In this document: positions 16,978 to 26,706 of the stretch, in pieces
Position numbering within the stretch: position 1 is the first letter of the stretch
How the letters are laid out: every line of letters begins with the position of its first letter
From: Lachnospiraceae bacterium
GTDB lineage: Bacteria; Bacillota; Clostridia; Lachnospirales; Lachnospiraceae
DNA length: 64,000 bases
Assembly (NCBI GenBank): GCA_017557525.1
Contig: JAFYYN010000013.1
Coordinates: 4,788 to 68,787 of the forward strand
Direction: 5' to 3'
Made by a program: the position numbers and the translations under genes
The notes under the pieces: model-generated
Seen by the model: the letters and a program-made list of their open reading frames with translations, nothing else
The model's database searches: none
Told to the model about the DNA's origin: nothing

Positions 16978-17415
16978 ATGTTAAAAGGAATTTCACCCAT
17001 GCTCTCACCGGAGCTTTTAAAAATATTATGCGAGATGGGACACAGTGACACAATAGTAATTGCAGACGGAAATTTCCCGGCTGAAACAATGGGAAAGAAC
17101 GGGATAGTGCTGAGAATGGACGGACACGGAGTACCCGAAATACTTGAGGCGATCCTTCAGGTATTTCCGTTAGACCAGTATATAGAAAAGCCGGTAAGCC
17201 TTATGGAAAGAGTACCCGGAGATAATGCAGATGTGTCAATCTGGAAAACCTATGAGAAAATGATAGAAAAGGAAGAACCCCGTGGAACATCGGTTATCCA
17301 GAAACTTGAGCGTTTCGCGTTCTACGAGGAAGCTAAGAAGGCATACTGTGTCATAGCAACATCCGAAACGAGCCAGTATGCAAATGTAATCCTGCAGAAG
17401 GGCTGCGTACTGTAA
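16978..17415 (+). CDS. fucU: RbsD/FucU family mutarotase (L-fucose mutarotase-like)
   Basis: 145 aa. LLKILCEMGHSDTIVIADGNFPA and the C-terminal YANVILQKG are typical of FucU/RbsD. Confidence 0.8.
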   Translation: MLKGISPMLSPELLKILCEMGHSDTIVIADGNFPAETMGKNGIVLRMDGHGVPEILEAILQVFPLDQYIEKPVSLMERVPGDNADVSIWKTYEKMIEKEEPRGTSVIQKLERFAFYEEAKKAYCVIATSETSQYANVILQKGCVL

Positions 17416-17423
17416 GGTGTGAT

Positions 17424-20400
17424 ATGGAAGAAAAAAGATTGACAAAAAAACACGAATGGCGCGAGCTCTTCACTTCTAAGACAATAAAAGAAGCAGAAGA
17501 GCTGTTTAACTATGGCAATGTATCCCAGTTTGCATGTGATCAGCTGCGGGCAGAGGCAGTGGTTAAGGAAGGTCGTTCACTTTTAAGAGTTCAGATAAAA
17601 CAGGCTCCTTATGCGTATAGCGCAGGCTGGAATGCTAAATATTTTAACTGCTCGTGCAGCTCAGGGCTATACTACAGGATGACGAAAACGACTACCTGCA
17701 AGCATGTAGCAGCTACACTGATGTATTGGGAGAATAAGAAAGGTCCCTGGATATTTACCGAAAATGACCAGGAATACAATTTCCGTATTAAATGCGAAGC
17801 TGAGGAAGCAGAAAAAGAGAGATTAAGGAAAATAAAAGAGGATCTCGAAAAACAGACGCTTGGCGTTAAAAAATTCCTTGATGAGAGAACAGGGAAACCC
17901 GGTAATACTTTTTTTGATATAAAGCTTGCGGTACTGCCTTTTGATACAAATATGTACGAAGTAAACGGGGCAGACAAGATACTTGAAGATAAGAATTCTA
18001 TTTTAATGGATGATCCGGCTTTAAGGTTTGGACCTACCGGAAAGCGTGTGCTTTGTGCAGAAGCGTATATTAAAGACCCATATAACGACTGCTCAAGTAA
18101 AGTAGAAATGATTTTTAGCAGGACAGGGATAGAAGAATGCTGGTGTAACTGCCGCAGATATTATTATGGGGTTTTTAACCGTACAGAATCATTATGCAGG
18201 CATAAGCTTGCGCTTATCAAAAAGGTATATGACTATGTAGAAAAAAATGACCCCGGTGATGCAACTGACCTGGCAGCATCGGAGTTCTTTTCCGCAATGG
18301 ATCTTTTCGGACAGAATAATATCGGAGAAGAAAAAGAGCAGATAAGAAAGGAAGAGAGCATAGTTATTAGTCCTCTGCTTACTATAGATAATGGTTCGGT
18401 TGCCCTCTCATTTAAAGTAGGTCTTAACGGGCAGAAACAGTTCCAATTAAAGAAAATCGAGCAGTTTTCGGCGGCAGTACAGGCAGAAGAAACTTTTGAA
18501 TTAGGTAAGTCTTCCGTACTTGATTTCTCGAAACAGGATTTTACCGAGAGCAGCAAACCATGGCTTAATTTCATTCATCAAAAAGTAAGTGATACCGAAA
18601 AGATCAATAACAGGCTCGGCTCAAGGAGCAGCTGGTATTATTATACTCCGAGCATAAAAACACAGAACAAGGATGAACTGTACGGGGCAACACTTGACAG
18701 GTTTTATGACATAGCTGAAGGTACGGACTGCGAATGTGCAAGAAAGAATGCCCCTAAACCGGGAGAGCGGAGAAAACCGGGCCGTAGAACTGCATCCGGT
18801 GAAGTGTTAGAGCCAAAGGAATATGTAAAATCAGGCTCCATGATCCATATAGGCCATCATAACATGAAGGTAAGCATTGCCACCGAACCTATAAAGTCAG
18901 CTAACGGTGGTTTTCTCGGCATATCCGTAAAAGGAAAAATGCCGATCATCAGGTCGGGTAGTGTGGACGGATATATCATCGGGGATGATTATATAAGCAG
19001 GATATCAAAGGACGAGCAGGCTGCACTTATCCCGTTTATGAAAGCATCTGACAAGGACGGCAACATTTCATTTAACATTGGAAAGGATATGCTTTCTGAG
19101 TTTTATTACCGCGTGGTTCCAGTCATTTCGGAACAGCCGTACGTTGAGTTTATTGACGGATGTGCTGATATGGCAGCGGAACTGATGCCTCCTGAGCCTC
19201 AGTTTACCTTTATATTCGACCAGACTGAGAATTTCTTTGTTTGCAGGGAAAAAGTAAAGTATGAAGAAGATGAAATAACGCTCCCCAGGACTGAAAAGTC
19301 ATTAGGGCGTTATGACGAGGCACAGGAAAAAAGAGTAACTGAGGCTGTAAAGGAATTCTTCCCGTTTTATGATGATAAATCCGGACGTTTTCTGGTTAAG
19401 GCAGACGAAGACACATTGTTTAAACTTCTTAATTCGGGCGTAAGCAAGCTTTCCCAGTACGGGCACGTATTTGGCACGGATGCATTTAAGATCAACAGGA
19501 TAAAGCCAATACCTCAGGTAAGCGTCGGAGTGTCTGTAGAGAGTGGGATAATGGATATCTCCGTTACTTCGAAGGACGCTAGTCCGGAAGAGCTGCTCGC
19601 TATACTCGAAAGCTACAGGTTAAAGAAGAGATATTACAGGCTTAAGTCCGGAGAATATGTCGACCTGTCACCTGATGAGCAGTTAAATTCACTAACAGAA
19701 GTTGCTGACGGGATGAATATTTCCCTTGAAACCATGCTTAAGGAAGGCGTAAAGGTACCTGCTTACAGGGCGCTGTATTTAAATAAGCTGCTTGAAGAGA
19801 GGGAAGCGCTTTTGAGCAACAGGGACAAAACCTACAGAGCGCTCATAAAGAACTTCCAGACCATAAAGGACGCGGATTACGAGGAGCCTGAAGGCTTTAA
19901 GGATGTATTAAGGCCTTATCAGACATATGGATTTAAATGGCTAAAGACCCTGTCGGCAGCAGGCTTTGGAGGAATACTTGCTGACGAGATGGGACTTGGA
20001 AAAACCCTGCAGGCTATCTCTCTTATGGAATCTTTAAAGGATGACGGGGATACCGGAACAGATCTTGTAGTCTGCCCGGCCTCTCTGGTATATAACTGGC
20101 AGGAGGAGATAAAGAGATTTGCTCCCAAGTTAAGATCGTCGGTTATTTCCGGTACTGCAGCTGAAAGAAAGAAGGAACTGGGTAAGATTTCAGGGAAAAA
20201 GTCCAAGGACACACCTGATATCTGCATAACCAGCTATGACAGCCTGCGTAAGGATATCGCTCTATATGAAAAAATAAAGTTTAATGTCCTGATACTTGAC
20301 GAGGCACAGTATATTAAAAACCAGAAAGCCGGAATGACGAAGGCGGTTAAGGTGCTTAACGGGAACCACCGCTTTGCCATGACAGGAACGCCTATAGAAA

Positions 20401-21305
20401 ACAGGCTCGCGGAGCTCTGGAGCATATTTGATTTCCTGATGCCGGGCTTCCTTTATGCCTATAAGGATTTTGCGTCAAGATATGAAACGCCGATCGCAAA
20501 GGGAAAGGATCAGGTTGCGGCTGAAAGCCTGAAGAGTATGGTAAGACCATTCATCCTCAGGAGGCTTAAATCAGAGGTACTTAAGGATCTGCCGGAGAAA
20601 TTAGAGGAAGTACGCTATGTAAGATTTGAGGAAGAGCAGCAGAAGGTTTATGACGGACAGGTTGTAAAACTGAAGAAGATAATTGAGAGCTCTTCGGGTA
20701 ATAATGACGACAAGATAAGGATACTTGCGGAACTTACAAAGCTCAGGCAGATATGCTGCGATCCGTCATTATTATTTGAGAATTATGACGGCGAGAGCGC
20801 GAAACGCAAGGGATGTCTGGACTTAATAAACAGCGCAATTTCCGGCGGTCACAGAATGCTTGTATTCTCGCAGTTTACATCCATGCTTGAGCTGCTGGAG
20901 AAGGATCTTAATGAGAATGAGATAAAATACTATAAGATCACGGGAGCTACGCCAAAGGAACAGAGGATCCGCATGGTCCATGAGTTTAATGACGGCGATG
21001 TGCCTGTTTTCCTTATATCCCTTAAGGCGGGCGGCACCGGACTTAACCTGACCGGAGCGGATGTCGTTATACATTATGACCCGTGGTGGAACCTGGCTGC
21101 CCAGAACCAGGCAACCGACAGAGCGCATCGTATCGGCCAGACAAACAAGGTTACCGTATATAAGATGATAATGAAGGACACCATAGAGGAAAAAATACTT
21201 GGCCTGCAGGAAGCTAAGAAAGATCTGGCAGATGCCATCTTAGAGGGCGAGAGCAAGTCGTTGTTTGCACTGTCAGGCGAGGAACTGATGAGGCTGTTGG
21301 ATTAA
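17424..21305 (+). CDS. SNF2-family helicase with two N-terminal SWIM zinc fingers
   Basis: SWIM-like CSCSSGLYYRMTKTTTCKHVAATL and CWCNCRRYYYGVFNRTESLCRHKLALI. SNF2 motifs ILADEMGLGKTLQAI, LILDEAQYIKN, MTGTPIENRL and HYDPWWNLAAQNQATDRAHRIGQ. Confidence 0.9.
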   Translation: MEEKRLTKKHEWRELFTSKTIKEAEELFNYGNVSQFACDQLRAEAVVKEGRSLLRVQIKQAPYAYSAGWNAKYFNCSCSSGLYYRMTKTTTCKHVAATLMYWENKKGPWIFTENDQEYNFRIKCEAEEAEKERLRKIKEDLEKQTLGVKKFLDERTGKPGNTFFDIKLAVLPFDTNMYEVNGADKILEDKNSILMDDPALRFGPTGKRVLCAEAYIKDPYNDCSSKVEMIFSRTGIEECWCNCRRYYYGVFNRTESLCRHKLALIKKVYDYVEKNDPGDATDLAASEFFSAMDLFGQNNIGEEKEQIRKEESIVISPLLTIDNGSVALSFKVGLNGQKQFQLKKIEQFSAAVQAEETFELGKSSVLDFSKQDFTESSKPWLNFIHQKVSDTEKINNRLGSRSSWYYYTPSIKTQNKDELYGATLDRFYDIAEGTDCECARKNAPKPGERRKPGRRTASGEVLEPKEYVKSGSMIHIGHHNMKVSIATEPIKSANGGFLGISVKGKMPIIRSGSVDGYIIGDDYISRISKDEQAALIPFMKASDKDGNISFNIGKDMLSEFYYRVVPVISEQPYVEFIDGCADMAAELMPPEPQFTFIFDQTENFFVCREKVKYEEDEITLPRTEKSLGRYDEAQEKRVTEAVKEFFPFYDDKSGRFLVKADEDTLFKLLNSGVSKLSQYGHVFGTDAFKINRIKPIPQVSVGVSVESGIMDISVTSKDASPEELLAILESYRLKKRYYRLKSGEYVDLSPDEQLNSLTEVADGMNISLETMLKEGVKVPAYRALYLNKLLEEREALLSNRDKTYRALIKNFQTIKDADYEEPEGFKDVLRPYQTYGFKWLKTLSAAGFGGILADEMGLGKTLQAISLMESLKDDGDTGTDLVVCPASLVYNWQEEIKRFAPKLRSSVISGTAAERKKELGKISGKKSKDTPDICITSYDSLRKDIALYEKIKFNVLILDEAQYIKNQKAGMTKAVKVLNGNHRFAMTGTPIENRLAELWSIFDFLMPGFLYAYKDFASRYETPIAKGKDQVAAESLKSMVRPFILRRLKSEVLKDLPEKLEEVRYVRFEEEQQKVYDGQVVKLKKIIESSSGNNDDKIRILAELTKLRQICCDPSLLFENYDGESAKRKGCLDLINSAISGGHRMLVFSQFTSMLELLEKDLNENEIKYYKITGATPKEQRIRMVHEFNDGDVPVFLISLKAGGTGLNLTGADVVIHYDPWWNLAAQNQATDRAHRIGQTNKVTVYKMIMKDTIEEKILGLQEAKKDLADAILEGESKSLFALSGEELMRLLD

Positions 21306-21781
21306 CAATTTCACTTTTTTTGTCCCTTTTTGGCTTGACGGGGGTTATTTGGAAAGAGGACGCTTCTTATCTTACTGTGTGTTATGCTCCTTAAGCAATA
21401 GATAACAAATGAGTTATCAACAGTGACATGGGAAATACCAATGTTTAAAACTTCTACCATATTTTGTTCTGGGTAGCAAGCAAAGATTGCATAATAGACT
21501 ACAGATGTAGTAAACATAAGTGCAAGATAATACATGTCATCCTGAGCAATATAGTACATCATTATCGAGTATGGATTATATTGTACAGGCATGGTAAAAC
21601 GAAAAAGTGCCTAAAAATAAGGGTTGTAAATCGATTTTTATATTTTAGGACGAGATGTATTATTTTGGTCAGTCATAAGGTAAAATAGCAATATCTGTAT
21701 TTTTACATTGCATTTTTGAGCAAAAGATGATAATATCTCTTTTAGTGAATTTTTGGAAAGCAGTATTTTGGGGGTTTTATC

Positions 21782-22717
21782 ATGGCAAAACTCGAGGGTT
21801 ACGGCGGAGCTGAGCATTCCTTCTGGAAAAATATGGTTAAGCACAGAGCACATATCGTTTTGGCTCTTCCCGCATTTCTCATAATGTTTTTTATTCTTTA
21901 CGTTCCGATGGTAGGTCTTATAGTAGCATTTAAGAACTATACCTATTCGGGAGGTATCTTTGGCAGTGAGTGGGCAGGTCTTGATAATTTCAAGTATCTG
22001 ATCGCTTCTAAAAACACTTTCATAAACATGACGAAAAATACCATTTTCTATTATCTGGTATTTACGGCAATCGGTACATTTCTTAATATCGTCCTTGCTA
22101 TCGCAATCGATCAGTGCGTATTTAAAAAATCAGCCAAGACGATGCAGACGATCATGATCATTCCCGTTTTTATTTCATACGCAGCGGTTACTTTTATAGT
22201 TGACGCATATATTAACGGAAGTCTTGGACTTATCAACAGAGTATTAGGCACAAGCACAAGCTTTTACAGAGAAGCTAAATACTGGCCGACCATTCTTACC
22301 ATCGTTAAGATATGGAATTCGGTAGGCTATGGGTCGGTACTTTATATGTCAGTACTTGCGGGTATTGATACAGGACTGTATGAGGCTGCACAGATTGATG
22401 GCGCAAATAAGTGGAAACAGATATGGCATATCACTCTGCCTGAGCTTTTCCCGATGATCACGGTTATGCTCCTCCTGTCAGTCGGCGGTATTATGAAGTC
22501 TGATACAGGTCTTTTCTATCAGGTAACGCGTAACAGCGGCCAGTTATATTCGACCACACAGGTTATCGACTCATATGTACTCAATCAGATCACGAGAAAC
22601 TCAAACTTCGGATATACTTCAGCTGCAACACTTTTCCAGTCGGTTGTCGGTCTTGTAATGATGCTGATATCGAACGGAATTGTCCGCAAACTTGCACCTG
22701 AAAACGCATTATTCTAA
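21782..22717 (+). CDS. ABC sugar transporter permease (LplB-like)
   Basis: EAA loop AAQIDGANKWKQIWHITLPELFP and six TM segments. Confidence 0.85.
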   Translation: MAKLEGYGGAEHSFWKNMVKHRAHIVLALPAFLIMFFILYVPMVGLIVAFKNYTYSGGIFGSEWAGLDNFKYLIASKNTFINMTKNTIFYYLVFTAIGTFLNIVLAIAIDQCVFKKSAKTMQTIMIIPVFISYAAVTFIVDAYINGSLGLINRVLGTSTSFYREAKYWPTILTIVKIWNSVGYGSVLYMSVLAGIDTGLYEAAQIDGANKWKQIWHITLPELFPMITVMLLLSVGGIMKSDTGLFYQVTRNSGQLYSTTQVIDSYVLNQITRNSNFGYTSAATLFQSVVGLVMMLISNGIVRKLAPENALF

Positions 22718-22731
22718 GGAGGAAACATCAG

Positions 22732-23658
22732 ATGGCTAAGAAAGATTATGATATGATGTCCTCCGCGCGCAGGGAGAAAAAAGGAGTTGGCCAGATAATA
22801 CTGCTTATCTGTCTTATCCTGTACACACTGTTCTGCGCATTACCTGTTATCCTGGTTTTTGTTTCCGCATTTGCAGATGATATAAGCATTACGCAGAACG
22901 GTTTCAGCTATTTCCCTGAGAAATGGTCAATGAATGGTATGAATGCCGTACTTAAATATGGTAAGCAGTTGTTTACCTCATATGGCATTACGATCCTGGT
23001 AACTGTTTCCGGCACGCTTATCGGACTTATGGTCATGAGCATGTATGCTTATGCAATATCCAGACCTGGATTTAAGCTTGCCAGATTCCTGTCGATTTAC
23101 CTGATCATCCCTATGCTGTTCCAGGGCGGTACCCTTTCGGCATATATCATATTTACCAATGCTTATGGTCTTAAGGACAGCCTTTGGCTTTTGATACTGC
23201 CGCTGTGTGTATCGACAATGAATGTTATCATCTTAAGGACATTCATAGCAAACAGTATTCCGGCTGAGCTTATGGAAGCGGCAAAGATCGACGGTGCAGG
23301 TGATTACCGTACATTCTTCCAGATCACGCTCCCGCTTATGAAGCCCTCGCTTGCAGCGGTAGGCTTTATGATGGCTACAGCTTACTGGAATGACTGGCAG
23401 AATGCTTATCTGTATATCTCATCCGATAACAAGAAGCCTTTGCAGATGCTTCTTATAAAGATACAGAAGAGTATCGAGTTCCTTCTGAATAATAATAACG
23501 TGCCTGCTTCGGTTAGGGCGGCTATGGGAAACTCCATTCCGGAGTATTCGGCAACAATGGCTACGGTTATCGTAGTTATCGGACCTATCATGGTTGCATA
23601 TCCCTTCTTCCAGAAATATTTCATCAAGGGCTTGACCGTAGGTTCAGTTAAAGGTTGA
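22732..23658 (+). CDS. ABC sugar transporter permease (LplC-like)
   Basis: EAA loop AAKIDGAGDYRTFFQITLPLMKP. Confidence 0.85.
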   Translation: MAKKDYDMMSSARREKKGVGQIILLICLILYTLFCALPVILVFVSAFADDISITQNGFSYFPEKWSMNGMNAVLKYGKQLFTSYGITILVTVSGTLIGLMVMSMYAYAISRPGFKLARFLSIYLIIPMLFQGGTLSAYIIFTNAYGLKDSLWLLILPLCVSTMNVIILRTFIANSIPAELMEAAKIDGAGDYRTFFQITLPLMKPSLAAVGFMMATAYWNDWQNAYLYISSDNKKPLQMLLIKIQKSIEFLLNNNNVPASVRAAMGNSIPEYSATMATVIVVIGPIMVAYPFFQKYFIKGLTVGSVKG

Positions 23659-23711
23659 TATCCCGCCGAAAACGGCTTTGGATATAAAAAAGAAAACATA
23701 TGGAGGTTTTT

Positions 23712-25238
23712 ATGAAGAAAGTAGTAGCACTCCTCTTAGTTGCAGTTATGGCTCTTTCAGTATTAGCTGGCTGCGATAAGAAGGAAGACACCCCTGCTAC
23801 AGGTACAACTACCAATGCACCTGCAAGCAACTCGAATGATTCTTCAACACCTGTAAAGATCAGCCTTTACAGAGCATCATTCAACACTCAGACTCCTGAC
23901 AGTACACAGGAGAAGAAGATCCAGGATAAGCTTAATGCTTACCTCAAGGAAAAAGGATTCAACATCGAGATCGATTATCATGACATCGGATCAGATGAGT
24001 ACACAGATAAGGCTAATCTTGCTCTTGCTAACAACGAGATCAACCTTCTCTGGACTGCATCATGGGAGTCAGTAATCGGTACTAACGATCTTGTTCCCAA
24101 GAACGCTTGCTATGACCTTACAGATCTTCTTAAGGGCAGCACACTTTACAGCTCAATGGATGCTGGACAGTGGGAAGCAACAAAGTACAACGGAAAGAAC
24201 TATTTCGTTCCTGTTTACAAGGATAACGTAGAAGGCTATGACATCATGTTCCGTCAGGATCTTATCGATCAGTTTGGCTGGAATATCTCATCTGTTAAGT
24301 CACTTGCAGATATCGAGCCCATGCTTGCTGATGCTAAGAACGCAGGCCTTAAGTATCCCCTTCTTCTTCAGAAGACAGCTATGTTCTACAGATTCTACAT
24401 CGATAAGTTTGATTTCTTCACAGCTGACGTTACAGGTAACTTCGTATCTGTAGACAAGGCTAAGAATGAAGTTATCAATACTATCCAGACTCCTGAGTAC
24501 AAGGAGTACTGCAACCTTATCGCTAAGTGGGCTGAGGCTGGCTACATCTCAGAGGATGAAGTAACAAAGTCAGTATCTGATACAACTACTCAGACTAAAG
24601 ATTGGGCTGTTTCATGGTGGACAGATGTTCCTGTTAATGATGAGGCAGATGGCCGTTACAATCAGGATGTTACTATGCAGAGCATTACAGACAGATGGGC
24701 ACATTCAACATCAGCTCTTGGTTCATGCTACTGTGTAACCGCTAATTCTTCTGCAGAGCAGGCTAAGGCTTGTGTTGATTTCCTTGGTCTCCTTTATACA
24801 GATTCTACATTTGCTGATATCTACACCTTCGGTATCGAAGGCGAGGACTTCAACTACGTAACCTCAGAGGGTGGCGTTAAGAAGGTTCAGCAGCACTCAG
24901 ATAAGTACAACCATTCAATGTGGGAGTCAGCTTCAGCTACAGTTGTTACACCTATTGACAACGAGCCTGATAACAAGGCTGACCTTTACAAGACATTCAA
25001 CGGTGGCGCTAAGACAAGCCCTGCAGCAGGTTTCCGTTTCGACAAGACTCCTGTAGAGGCTCAGTACACCGCTTGCCAGTCTATCTTTGACCAGTACGGA
25101 TTCATTCTTGAGACCGGTGGTGTTGCAGTTGCAGATGTTGATTCTACAATCGCAGCTTATCAGGCAGAGCTTGATGCAGCCGGATATCAGGATGTTCTCG
25201 CTGAGTTCCAGAAGCAGTACAACGCTTGGAAGGGTTGA
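23712..25238 (+). CDS. extracellular solute-binding lipoprotein (LplA-like, large SBP)
   Basis: Lipobox LSVLAGCDKK, about 508 aa, TGGAGG RBS. It follows its two permease genes. Confidence 0.8.
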   Translation: MKKVVALLLVAVMALSVLAGCDKKEDTPATGTTTNAPASNSNDSSTPVKISLYRASFNTQTPDSTQEKKIQDKLNAYLKEKGFNIEIDYHDIGSDEYTDKANLALANNEINLLWTASWESVIGTNDLVPKNACYDLTDLLKGSTLYSSMDAGQWEATKYNGKNYFVPVYKDNVEGYDIMFRQDLIDQFGWNISSVKSLADIEPMLADAKNAGLKYPLLLQKTAMFYRFYIDKFDFFTADVTGNFVSVDKAKNEVINTIQTPEYKEYCNLIAKWAEAGYISEDEVTKSVSDTTTQTKDWAVSWWTDVPVNDEADGRYNQDVTMQSITDRWAHSTSALGSCYCVTANSSAEQAKACVDFLGLLYTDSTFADIYTFGIEGEDFNYVTSEGGVKKVQQHSDKYNHSMWESASATVVTPIDNEPDNKADLYKTFNGGAKTSPAAGFRFDKTPVEAQYTACQSIFDQYGFILETGGVAVADVDSTIAAYQAELDAAGYQDVLAEFQKQYNAWKG

Positions 25239-25264
25239 TAATTTAATATTCCTTATTAAGAATA

Positions 25265-25309
25265 AGAGCGTTTTCGGATGTAAAAGTCCGGAAACGTTCT
25301 TTTCTTTTT
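25265..25309 (+). terminator. rho-independent terminator
   Basis: AGAGCGTTTTCGGA-tgtaaaag-TCCGGAAACGTTCT (14 bp including 2 G-U pairs) followed by TTTCTTTTT. Confidence 0.75.
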
Positions 25310-25310
25310 A

Positions 25311-25339
25311 TTGCTTTTTATTTCGAAAAGGTGTATAAT
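25311..25339 (+). promoter_or_regulatory. sigma-A type promoter of the atp operon
   Basis: TTGCTT, 17-nt spacer, TATAAT. Confidence 0.55.
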
Positions 25340-25363
25340 AAGCGGAAAGTTTTTTTAAAAACC

Positions 25364-26263
25364 ATGAAAGGCATGGTAATAGATATGAAAAAGAAGATAT
25401 CTAAACGCAGGGCGGTCTTTATAGTGGTCTGGCTGCTGCTGATTTTTTTCCTGCTTGGTGCTATACTTATATTGAAGTCGCCACCTAATGAGACGGAGAG
25501 TATCAAGGAGGTTATGAAGGACGGCGTCCTGCATGACAGAAATAAGATAAGCCTGTTTGGAATAATAGATGTGAACCCGGCTCTTATCTCAGCGTATGTC
25601 GTAACTGCTGTACTGCTTGTGGTGGCGGCGCTGATCAGGATATTTGCCATACCAAAGTTTAAGTATGTACCGGGCAAGTTCCAGATCGTGATAGAAAAGC
25701 TGGTTGAGTTCTTTAATGATATGGCGCATGCCAACAGCCCTCATAAGACAGGATTTATCTCGGCTTATATTTTTAGCGCGGGAGTGTACATTTTCTTTAG
25801 TACCTTGTTTGAGCTGCTGGGAGTACAGGCGGTGACCACCGAAGGGCATTCAATAGCCCTGCCGGCTCCGATAGCGGACATAAATGCCGCGATTGCCATG
25901 GGCTTTATGACTTACACGATAATTCTGCTCGGCGGTATCATCTGTAACGGCATAAATGGCGGTCTTAAGGTACTAAAGGACTTTTCACTGCCGATATCCA
26001 TGAGCTTCCGACTGTTCGGCGCGCTGCTTAGCGGACTGCTGGTTACAGAGCTTGTTTACTACTATATTTCATTGAGCTTTGTACTGCCGGTAGTAGTAGG
26101 CATTTTGTTTACCACGCTGCATGCGCTGATACAGACTTACGTTTTGGCAACACTTGCATCCGTATTTTACGGTGAGGCCGTGGAGCCAAAGAAACCAAAG
26201 GAACCTAAGAGATCCGGGAAGTCAAAGCAGCCTGAAGCACCTGAGGAAAGCACGGCTGCGTGA
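25364..26263 (+). CDS. atpB: F-type ATP synthase Fo subunit a
   Basis: Conserved Arg helix SMSFRLFGALLSGLLV. The start is uncertain (ATG 25364, 25373 or 25385), and the ORF-track GTG 25331 overlaps the predicted promoter. Lys/Pro/Glu-rich C-terminal tail. Confidence 0.85.
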   Translation: MKGMVIDMKKKISKRRAVFIVVWLLLIFFLLGAILILKSPPNETESIKEVMKDGVLHDRNKISLFGIIDVNPALISAYVVTAVLLVVAALIRIFAIPKFKYVPGKFQIVIEKLVEFFNDMAHANSPHKTGFISAYIFSAGVYIFFSTLFELLGVQAVTTEGHSIALPAPIADINAAIAMGFMTYTIILLGGIICNGINGGLKVLKDFSLPISMSFRLFGALLSGLLVTELVYYYISLSFVLPVVVGILFTTLHALIQTYVLATLASVFYGEAVEPKKPKEPKRSGKSKQPEAPEESTAA

Positions 26264-26345
26264 TCCCATAAGATGATGGGTATCTGTCCCGGTGTGGGAT
26301 AGAGTACAGCCCTACGTTAAAAGACAAAAAAGGAGAGTTTAAACT

Positions 26346-26702
26346 ATGAGAAACAGAAGATTATATTCAGGAATACTTGCTTTTGCATTTATTATGCTTT
26401 TTTCACTGATGCTGGTTTTTAGCGGAAATACTGAGGTTCACGCTGCAGGTGAAGAAGTGGCTGAGGCAGCTGTCGACAGTACCGGCTCAAAGGCTATCGC
26501 AGCAGGCATCGTTGTCGGCCTTGCTGCAGCTGCAGGTGCTATCGGTATGGGTATTGCAGTAGCTAAGAGTGCTGAGAGTATGGCACGCCAGCCCGAGATC
26601 GCAGGTAAGATCAATTCTACCATGATGCTTGGTATGGTTTTCATTGAGACCGCTATCATTTACGCGCTTATCGTTGCAATCCTGATTATATTTGTACTGT
26701 AA
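26346..26702 (+). CDS. atpE: F-type ATP synthase Fo subunit c with an N-terminal signal-peptide-like extension
   Basis: Helical hairpin with ARQPE loop and carboxylate helix MLGMVFIETAIIYAL. Strong AAGGAGAG RBS before ATG 26346. An alternative GTG at 26457 would give a canonical 81-aa protein. Confidence 0.85.
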   Translation: MRNRRLYSGILAFAFIMLFSLMLVFSGNTEVHAAGEEVAEAAVDSTGSKAIAAGIVVGLAAAAGAIGMGIAVAKSAESMARQPEIAGKINSTMMLGMVFIETAIIYALIVAILIIFVL

Positions 26703-26706
26703 AGTA

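Noticed and set aside
21311-21592. A 93-codon minus-strand ORF in the 475-bp AT-rich spacer between the SNF2 gene and the ABC permease gene.
   Set aside because: It has no Shine-Dalgarno sequence upstream of its ATG and no recognisable motif. It overlaps an equally implausible plus-strand ORF. It could be a gene remnant, but I cannot support a call.
25331-25363. GTG 25331 as the start of atpB (ORF track).
   Set aside because: It overlaps the predicted -10 box (TATAAT 25334-25339), so it would lie upstream of the transcript start. An ATG at 25364-25385 is more likely, though which one is unresolved.
26346-26702. Calling the ATP synthase Na+-translocating from the E-T motif in the c subunit.
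   Set aside because: By hand alignment the helix-1 Gln ligand position is Met and the Thr67-equivalent is Ala. The signature is incomplete and my alignment is unverified.
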